Below, in pieces: positions 56,293 to 64,000 of a stretch of DNA of 64,000 nucleotides. The notes under the pieces were generated by a model. That model did not search any database and was not told where the DNA came from. It saw only the letters and a program-made list of their open reading frames with translations. The stretch's first letter is position 1, and each line of letters begins with the position of its first letter. The DNA is taken from positions 64,001 to 128,000 of the forward strand of contig CAVPRW010000003.1 of NCBI GenBank assembly GCA_963707985.1, read 5' to 3'. The stretch comes from an uncultured Nitrospinota bacterium. Lineage in GTDB: Bacteria > Tectomicrobia > Entotheonellia > J063 > CAVPRW01. The position numbers and the translations under genes were made by a program.

Positions 56293-59200
56293 ATGGCTGA
56301 GCTGAGACTCGTGTTTCAACCGGCACCAGACACCACCATGACGGTCCGCGTCGACTTCAGCAGTGCGGATGGCGGCATGCGCGGCGGTGGACCACCACAA
56401 CCGTTCACGTTCCAGTTGCGTCCCGAGGATTATGTCGATTTGCGCTGGTACCTTGAAGAGTTCATGGACCTGCCCATTGGCGGTTCCGTGCTGCGTGCCA
56501 ATCGCATCGAACAATCACTGATCCAGTGGGGCCGCGATCTGTACAAGGCGATCTTTGATTACGGTGACCACCGCGATTTGATACGCGACCTGATGCGACG
56601 CCGAACCACCGCGCTTATTGACGATCGCCACCAGCAACGGCGACATTCTGCGCTTGCCGTGGGAACTCATGGCCGACGAGCGCGGCCCGCTGACGCGCCG
56701 CGATGTCACCATCCGCCGGCAGTTGGAAACGGGGCACCAGCACCTGGCGTACGACGTCGGTGCGCCGCTGCGCCTGCTGGTGGTCGTCAGTCGGCCCGAC
56801 AACGCCGGGTTCATCGATCCGCGCCACAGCACCCGTGCCATGCTGGATGCCCTCACCTCCCTTGGCGACAACGTGACGGTCGAGTTCTGCCGGCCCCCCA
56901 CCCTGGCGCGGCTGGAGGAGATGCTGGCCGAGTCCAATGGGGCCTACGACATCGTGCACTTCGACGGCCATGGCAACTACGATCGGCTCCTGGGACTGGG
57001 CGTGCTGCTGTTCGAAAAGGCCCAACAACCCGGACAGGCACGCGTCGACATGGACCCGGTGCGCGCCGACGACCTGGGCAACCTGCTGGCGCGCTACCAT
57101 ATTCCGTTGGTGATCCTGGAAGCCTGCCGCAGCAGCGAGGTCGGTGACGTGGCGTTTCGCTCGGTGGCGCCGCGCTTGATCGAAGCGGGCGTGGGCAGCG
57201 TCATCGCCATGAGTTATGCCGTGCACGTCGAGGCGGCCAGGATTCTGCTCACGCGCTTCTACCGCGAGCTGGCGCGCGGTCGCAGCATCGGCCAGGCCAT
57301 GGAAAGTGGCCGCGGGGCGCTCATGGCCCAACGGGATCGCTGGCTGCAGTATGGCCCGCAAGGCAAGAACTATCCAACTCCAGGACTGGTTCCTGCCGCA
57401 ACTGTACCAGCGTGGCAGCGACATGCGGATGGTGGGGACTTCGGCACGACCAGATACCCCCCAGGAAGCCGCCAAAGCGTCGCCAATCAGCGACCGCCCG
57501 CGTTTCCCCACAGGCCAGCACATCGGCGCCTTCCCGCGTCCGCCGCTGTACAACTTCCACGGCCGCGCCCGTGAGCTGTACGCCCTGGAACGCGCCTTGC
57601 GCACCGACCGGGCCATCCTGCTGCACGCCATGGGCGGCATGGGCAAGACGGCCCTGGCCCGCGAGGCGGGCGATTGGCTCACCCGGACTGGGTTGTTCCC
57701 TGACGGGGCCTGCTTCCTGAGCTTCGAACAGCCGGTCACGGCCGAGCGCATCGCCCAGGTGCTGGGTTCCTATCTGGAAGGCCACGGCTTTGAGGCCCTG
57801 AGCCAGGCCGAGCAGCTTGAGCGCGCCCGCCAGTTGTTCCAGGAACAGGATGTGTTGATGGTCTGGGACAATTTTGAAAGCCTGCTCGAAACCTTCGATA
57901 ACGCCGCACAGGGCTCCCGGCCCGTCCAGGACGGCGTCCGGCGAGTCGTCCGCCGTCACCCTCGCGATTGCACTCGGGATATACCACCGAGGAACGCACG
58001 CGGATTATCACGCTCTTCCGCGACTGGACCGAGGACCCGGCGGGTCACGGCCGCTTGCTCATCACCTGCCGTCCGCGGGAAGCGGGCTTGCCGGGGGTGC
58101 GGCGAATGGAGCTGGCCGGTCTGGCTCGCCCAGACAGTTTGTATCTGCTGGCCCAGGTGCTGCGCAAACACGACACGTCGCTGGATGACGACGCGTTTCG
58201 ATAAAGACAACCTGGGGGCGTTGCTGGACGTGCTGGGCGATCATCCGCTGTCGATCGAGCTGGTCGGCCCGCATCTGAAGCAACTGACGCCCGAACAGAT
58301 CGTGGCCCACTTCCGCGAGCTGCTGGACCAATTCACTGGTGATGCCGAGGTCGAGCGCAACCGCTCGCTCCTGGCCTCGCTGCGCTTTTCGACCAGCCGG
58401 CTGAGCGCCCAGGCCAAGGCTGCGTCTGCCGTGGCTCGGCCTGTTCCAGGGTGGCGTGTTTGAGCAGATCTTGCTCGACGTGAGCCAGATGGACCCGGCC
58501 GCGTGGGATGGGGTGCGGGCGGAACTGGAAGCAACCGCCCTGGTGCGGGTGGAAACGGACATCGAGATCAACAACCGCCCCTACCTGCGCTTCCATCCCA
58601 CACTGCCGTATGCCGTCGGAGGGGCGGTGCTCGCCGATGCCACCGCCAGCCAGGCCGATGCGGATGACGGCGGGCTCAGCCTGGCGGACCAGGAAGACGT
58701 CCGCCAGCGGTTCATCGCGGTTTACCGTGCATTGACCGTGGCGATTGACAGAGCCCTTCGCGGCTCAGCCGCGCGTGGTGGCATGGACGTGTTGGCGCGG
58801 GAGGAGGCGAACGTTCGCACGGCGGTGCGCTGGGCGGTGGCATCGGACCAATTCGACGTCGCTGCCGCAGATGGGCAATACGTTCCGCGAGTATCTGGAA
58901 CGCTGCGGCCCGGTTGCGCGAGCGCGACACAATGGTCGGCCTGGCTGGCCGACGCGGCAGCGCACACCACGTTCAGCGCAGCGGTGGCAGGAGCGGAACG
59001 TAATCGGGCCTGGTCGCTGTTCACGCAGGGACACACCGCCGAGGCCATCCAGATGCTCGACGCCCTTATCGAGCGCTTGCAACAGACCACCGCATTCGAT
59101 GCGGCCTTTCAGTTAGCCACTGCACAATCGCAACTCGGTCGCATCTACCAAGAAGCCGGTCATGCCAAGCGGGCGATCCCGATCCTGAGCGAGGCGGTGG

Positions 59201-60477
59201 GCGCCTGGGAGCGGCTCGTAAGACAGGCTGCCAACCTGTTGCCGTCTGAGACCATCGAGGATCTGCTCACAAGCGACACGCAGGAGGCCAAACTGCGGCG
59301 AGAAGCCTGTGCCGATACGTTGACACAACCTGGCCGCAACGCTGGGCGATCTCGCCAATGCGCTGAGGGCAGCAGGACGCCTTGACGAGGCCCTCAGCAC
59401 GGCAGAGCAAGGCGTTGACATTCACCGTGCACTGGGACATCGACCGCAACGCTGTCGCGGGCCTCGTGCGAACGGCCCAAATCCTCATGGAGCAAGGCCG
59501 CTACCAGGAGGCGGATGCCCGCTACGACCAGGCCCTGGAAGCCGCCCGGCGTCTCGGCGATCAGGGACTGGAGGGAACAATCCTTCAGCATCAAGGCAGT
59601 CCTGGCCAACGACAGACAACAATACGACCGCGCCGTTGATCTGTATAAGCAAGCCCTGAAGCTGTTCCAGGACGCGAACGACGATGCCAGCATCATGCGG
59701 ACCTGTAACCTGCTCGGCTCGGTCGAAGCAGCTTGCGGGTCGTCTGTCAGAAGCCAGGGCGTGGTATGAACGTTCCCGCGAGATCGCCCAGCGCCGGGGC
59801 GACACTGAGGCGCTTGGCGATCGCCTGCGCACAACATCGGCATCGTCTGCCAACAGGAGGGCGAAGCGGCCCGGCAGCGCGGGGACGAGGCGACCGCGCA
59901 GCAGCGGTTTGCAGAGGCCGAGCGCTTCCTGCAAGAGAGCCTGCGGATGAAGATCGACCGGCAAGACAAGCCGGGCGAGGCCAGGTCCCGTGGCCAGTTG
60001 TCCCAGAGTCTACCTGCTCATGGGCGAACTGGATAAGGCGGAAGCGCACGCCCACCAGGCGCGAGAGATCGACGAAGGCCTTAGCATGATTCGGAAACTA
60101 CCCGGCGACTACTACAATCTCGCCCAAATCGCCCGGGCGCGAGGTGACGAGGCGCAGGCGGCCCAGTGGGAAGCCAAGCGAGACGAGGTGGAGGCGGAAC
60201 TGGCCCGCCGTGCCCGTGGTGGCGATGCGGCCGACGCCGGCCTGCCCTAGTAGTTAGCCCAGGCTATCATCCAGCTTGCCGAGGCCTGCGTACAGGCCGG
60301 TCTGGGCGGCACTGGATTGCCATCTGAGGCCAAGTCCGCCGTGGCACAGCTCGAATCTGAGGGGGCTGGCCTATTGCAGCCGCTGGGCTGGTATCTCCGC
60401 CGCCTTGGCGCCGGACCGGCGAGCGACACCGTTGGCGCTCTGGCAACACCTCCCGCTGGCCTGCCCGAGGAGGTCCC
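56293..60477 (+). CDS. CHAT (caspase-like) protease + STAND/NB-ARC NTPase + TPR protein, ~1400 aa; many frameshifts, 3' end truncated
   Basis: LRWYLEE, LPWELM, VHFDGHG, ILEAC, VIAMSY; MGGMGKT, LMVWDNFE, LLITCR, GDHPLSIEL, RFHPTL; TPR-like helices from ~58980 on. Confidence 0.85.
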
Positions 60478-60654
60478 CATTCAACCACGGAGAAGCGATT
60501 CAAGGCCATCGGAAAGACCGCAGCGGGACGCCACGTCTTTCTGGTTTTCACGCTACGCGAACATTATGGAAAGTCATATATCCGGCCTATCAGCGCCCGC
60601 TATATGCACCAAAAGGAAATTGATCATTATGAAAAAGAAAATCCCGACCTTTAG
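60478..60654 (+). pseudogene. C-terminal half of a BrnT-family toxin (not in the ORF track)
   Basis: Manual translation HSTTEKRFKAIGKTAAGRHVFLVFTLREHYGKSYIRPISARYMHQKEIDHYEKENPDL*; no start codon or N-terminal half. Confidence 0.8.
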
Positions 60655-60886
60655 AAGCGACGAGGAAGCCGAAGGTTTTGTCGATACGGCTGACCTTTCC
60701 GAATATGATCTTTCGGGCGCCAGGCCAGTGCGGTTCGAATTCGAGAAAAAGGCTGCGCGCATCAATATGCGGTTGCCGGCTCCCTTGCTGGAAGCGGTGA
60801 AAGAAAAAGCCAGGGCACGGGGCATCCCTTATCAGCGGTTTATCCGAGAAACCCTGGAGCAGGCTGTCACCAATACGAACGAATAG
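60629..60886 (+). CDS. CopG/BrnA-type antitoxin
   Basis: MKKKIPTFRSDEEAEGFVDTADLSEYD...INMRLP...GIPYQRFIRETLE; overlaps the toxin remnant. Confidence 0.9.
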   Translation: MKKKIPTFRSDEEAEGFVDTADLSEYDLSGARPVRFEFEKKAARINMRLPAPLLEAVKEKARARGIPYQRFIRETLEQAVTNTNE

Positions 60887-61058
60887 GAATTTCCAACGCA
60901 CCTTTTCCCTACCCTCAACCGACAACCCTCTCCAAACGGGCGTTTTAGGGAGATCCCCAGGCGAACGGATGCTGATTCAGCCGTGCCAGCGCTAATTGCT
61001 TTCAAGCCCTCCGCCGCTTCCAGGCCGAGTTGAGACTTACACGGGGTGAAATCGCATG

Positions 61059-61091
61059 TGCATTGCTTTGGTATTGCTTTGGCATCGCTTT
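61059..61091. repeat. Three imperfect tandem 11-mers
   Basis: TGCATTGCTTT GGTATTGCTTT GGCATCGCTTT. Confidence 0.6.
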
Positions 61092-61182
61092 GACCCGCCA
61101 CCAGGTGGGTTGTAGAGACTCATTTCCCACCTGAACCAGGAGTCCAGTTTCTGGGGTCAGCCATAGGAGTCCACCGGCCCAA

Positions 61183-61415
61183 TCATGTAAACAATCTGTC
61201 CAAAGCGATGCGTGCTTCAGCGAGCACTCCAACGGAAGTCCACAGGGATGATTGCGCGAGGCGATCCAAAGCTGATTGTGCGTCAACGCGGCTGAGATGC
61301 CTCCTGGCCGCTGCCCACAACACAATACCTAATGACCCATGAACCTCTAAACCCAGAGAAGCCGCGAGGACACGCGCTGCAGCATCATCCGTGAGGAACC
61401 AATTGGCATTGAGGT
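61183..61415 (-). pseudogene. C-terminal half of a PIN/DUF3368-like toxin
   Basis: FLTDDAAARVLAASLGLEVHGSLGIVL; N-terminal PIN motifs absent. Confidence 0.7.
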
Positions 61416-61612
61416 GTGGCATCTTTCTGCCGCAGCGCCCAAGTAATATCGTCGCGCTGGAATTGCTCAAGTAACTCCAGGCGATGCCGGCGCAGAAACT
61501 CGAGCAATGCAAAGCGGGTGGCTTCCTCCGCGCTGTGAAACCAGCCTTGTTGGACCAGCAGGTCAAGCTCGTGAGTGAGCTTCTCCGGCAGTTCGATCCG
61601 AATGGATTTCAT
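61385..61612 (-). CDS. RHH/CopG-type antitoxin
   Basis: MKSIRIELPEKLTHELDLLVQQGWFHSAEEATRFALLEFLRRH. Confidence 0.8.
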   Translation of the reverse strand: MKSIRIELPEKLTHELDLLVQQGWFHSAEEATRFALLEFLRRHRLELLEQFQRDDITWALRQKDATPQCQLVPHG

Positions 61613-62094
61613 GATCCTACCCTTTTCATCAGCCCAACTCCTTGGAACCACGGATTCACGAATCCTGTAGGTCCTAATACGTCCGCAAGCCCCTGAGCCA
61701 TTCCCGAGAGTGGATAAAACCGTCACTTCTCTGACCGGGACAGGGGATTGGCATGAGGATTATATGGCCTCTACCTTGGTGAAGACGTTGAGGATGATGG
61801 CTAATCGCCACCTCTGGCGAAAGGCAAATGGGAATATTTTGAACCTACGACCCGGACGATTGCATCACACGTTGCTGCAATGATGTATACTCAGATGCCA
61901 GATGCGAGGCTCTTAGCCGTACTTGACGGCTCTCGGACTATCTAGCCGTGGTTCTCATGACTGAATCGTATCGTGACCGTGCTCACAACCGATCGTAAGA
62001 TAAGGCACATTCTTCTCCTACCCAAAATTTCTCGTGTTCTTCACCCAAGCCTAAAGGCACGCGTGGGCGGATCAGCGCACGGCCGCCTCTGCCA

Positions 62095-62679
62095 GTGAGG
62101 AGCGTCATCGTGTCAACACCGAGAGCAAGTGAGCAGATCTCTCAGCAACTGGAGCGATCGCAGAGCAGCATGGACTCGACGCTGCCGTCGTGCTTCAATG
62201 CGGATGCGTTGCTCCCACGGCTGCTGTTTCTGGTCTCGCCGACCTGTGAGATCTGCGTGACCGGGGCCATGTCCGCTACGGATAGCGTGCTGTCGTTGCC
62301 GCGAGCTGAGGATTTTCGCTTGTATATGTTGTGGCTGCCCGTGCTGGAGGGGGATACCCCCCAGGCGGCGGAGCAGGTGCAAGAGCGTCTACCCACAGAC
62401 GGCCGGCTGAGGCACTTTTGGGATCACGACCTCCAGCTGTCCCAGGCGTTTCATCGACTGTTGCAGCTGGGACAACGCCCCAGGCCGCATCACATCGCCT
62501 GGGACATTTTTCTCCTGTATGGCGCAGGAACGGTGTGGAACGAGGAGCCGCCGATGCCGGAATTTTGGATGCACCAGCTCTTTCTGGAGGATGTGCCAGA
62601 GCTGGACGCGGCTGTCCTCAAAAACCAGCTAGAGCGCAGTCTTCGTGGCGACACGAACCATATGGACCTGCCTACCTGA
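62095..62679 (+). CDS. Thioredoxin-like hypothetical protein (SPTCxxC); start uncertain
   Basis: RLLFLVSPTCEICVTGA, WLPVLEGD, RHFWD, AWDIFLLY, WMHQL. Confidence 0.7.
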   Translation: MRSVIVSTPRASEQISQQLERSQSSMDSTLPSCFNADALLPRLLFLVSPTCEICVTGAMSATDSVLSLPRAEDFRLYMLWLPVLEGDTPQAAEQVQERLPTDGRLRHFWDHDLQLSQAFHRLLQLGQRPRPHHIAWDIFLLYGAGTVWNEEPPMPEFWMHQLFLEDVPELDAAVLKNQLERSLRGDTNHMDLPT

Positions 62680-62719
62680 GACCGACTCTTGCACAGGTGA
62701 CCATGGGTCCGAGTTCGCC

Positions 62720-63240
62720 CTACGAGGGAATATGTAGCAACTTGCAGGCATTGTCGCCCAGGATCGCCGCCCGCTCGGCGTCACTCAAGCTCGGAGTCCC
62801 AAGCACGAGCTCCACAGCCGTACTGGTCCACGGATAAGGATAATCGGTTCCGATCATGATCTGACTCGCACCGCATTCGGCCACCAGATGCCGCAGCGCC
62901 TCGGGGGTAAAGACGATCGAGTCGAAATAGAGATCCCGCATATACTCACTGGGACGTTTCTTCAACGGCATCCCACTGCAGCGCTCGGGAAAGGTCAAGC
63001 AGCCGTGATCCGACCGGGCGCTGTATGAGGGCAGGTAGGCCCCGCCATGCGCCACACAGAGCTTCAGTCCAGGAAATCGATCCAGCGTGCCCTCAAAAAT
63101 CAGATGAGAGAGGGCAATGGTGGTTTCGAGCGGATTGCCGATGACGTTGGTCAGCAGGCCGTTGCCCTTAAGCCGTTTCGCCAGATCCGGAACGCCCTGG
63201 GGATGGAGCAACACCAAAACGCCAAGCTCCTCAACCTCCC
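62720..63240 (-). pseudogene. 5'-truncated amidohydrolase family 2 (ACMSD-like)
   Basis: EELGVLVLLHP, AHGGAYLP, IGTDYPYPW; no N-terminal HxH metal motif or first half. Confidence 0.8.
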
Positions 63241-63445
63241 GATGCGTGCGCATAGTGTAACCTGGACCCACCATGCGATGGCGAGATGTTGGGAGCGCGG
63301 GCCTGTGGCTCGTTTATGGAGCACTGAAGAATGCCGGCGCTCCCAGGAGACGAGTAGAACGACTCGCCTGGAGATCCGCAAGGGATGCCTGGGGGAAAAT
63401 CAGGGAGAGCCATGACGTCTACTCTCCCACCCTGGCAGGACTCTA

Positions 63446-63784
63446 CTAATTCGCCAGTGGCACCGTGGTCGTGACACAGGGCTCAGAGCCATGCACCGCC
63501 GTGGTGTGGCCCTTTCCCGTGGTGTCTTCAACTAAGCGCGCATCGCCAGGGCCAAAGATGTGCTTTGTGCCGTCGCCTAGGCCGATTTCGAGGTGGCCCG
63601 ACAGGATGATGACGAACTGGCGGCGAGGTGCCGGATGCCAATCCTGGAATCGTCCCACTGGCGCGCTGCGGAACGTGATGTTGGTGGTCTGCAGACCATC
63701 CTTCCAGGACGTGGTTTTGTCCAGGTCAATGGTCTCGATGTGGGTTTGACCATCCGTGCCAGTATACATGCGAAACGTACCCAT
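63446..63784 (-). CDS. Cupin-like small protein
   Basis: RMYTGTDGQTH, WHPAPRRQFVIILSG, EDTTGKGH; GAGGAGG RBS. Confidence 0.85.
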   Translation of the reverse strand: MGTFRMYTGTDGQTHIETIDLDKTTSWKDGLQTTNITFRSAPVGRFQDWHPAPRRQFVIILSGHLEIGLGDGTKHIFGPGDARLVEDTTGKGHTTAVHGSEPCVTTTVPLAN

Positions 63785-64000
63785 ACATATTCCTCCTCGT
63801 GTGTGGTATGTGAACGGCTCGGCGTACGACAAGACGTGTACTCGGGAACCAATCCTCCAGAGATTCCCAGCGCTGCCTGCCGGCGGGGCAGGCGGCTCGC
63901 TCCCGAGGTACCGGGACAAAAAAGGGCTTTTGTTTCTCCGGGTGAATATCCTATACTCCGAGGGCGGATTTTCGCGGATTTTGTGTGTCGTTGTCAATGA

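Noticed and set aside
60317..60886. 189-aa fusion ORF of TPR tail and antitoxin
   Set aside because: Artefact of the deletion junction. The antitoxin has its own start at 60629 and the middle section is an off-frame read of BrnT.
63870..63985. Short GC hairpin (CCTGCC...GGCAGG) and GGATTTT repeats near the window end
   Set aside because: Single degenerate copies; cannot be established as a repeat family within this window.

Overview
GC-rich bacterial chromosome segment. Gene order and content suggest Tectomicrobia/Nitrospinota/delta-like diderms (inference only). It falls into three parts. (1) 1-12 kb is accessory: an M16 peptidase tail, SDR, HpaB-like monooxygenase and beta-hydroxyacid dehydrogenase, then a ~2.1 kb non-coding region. 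That region holds sigma54 and sigma70 promoter matches and a four-hairpin RNA with a terminator/anti-terminator pair. It leads into five unannotated exported-protein genes (Tat protein, small exported protein, 6-Cys protein flanked by apparent mRNA stabilisers, Asp-box propeller, secretin-N0/STN-like protein). (2) 12-44 kb is the core origin region: atpF'FHAGDC, rsmG-mnmG-mnmE-yidC-yidD-rnpA-rpmH, a DnaA-box/DnaA-trio oriC with no dnaA gene beside it, dnaN-recF-gyrB-gyrA, Prx, response regulator, Omp85, Tex, PGI/PMI, lepA-lepB and alr. (3) 44-64 kb is a decaying accessory/defence island: methyltransferase-P450, DUF35-thiolase, DUF4058, DUF29, a deletion-scarred PLD-SNF2 helicase/type IIG locus, one intact VapBC, a ~1400-aa CHAT-STAND-TPR protein with a small divergent gene, and two TA pairs whose toxins have lost their N-terminal halves. 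Essential genes (atpG, gyrB) also carry frameshifts, so single-base indels here are probably long-read errors. All product calls come from motif recognition; no database search was run.
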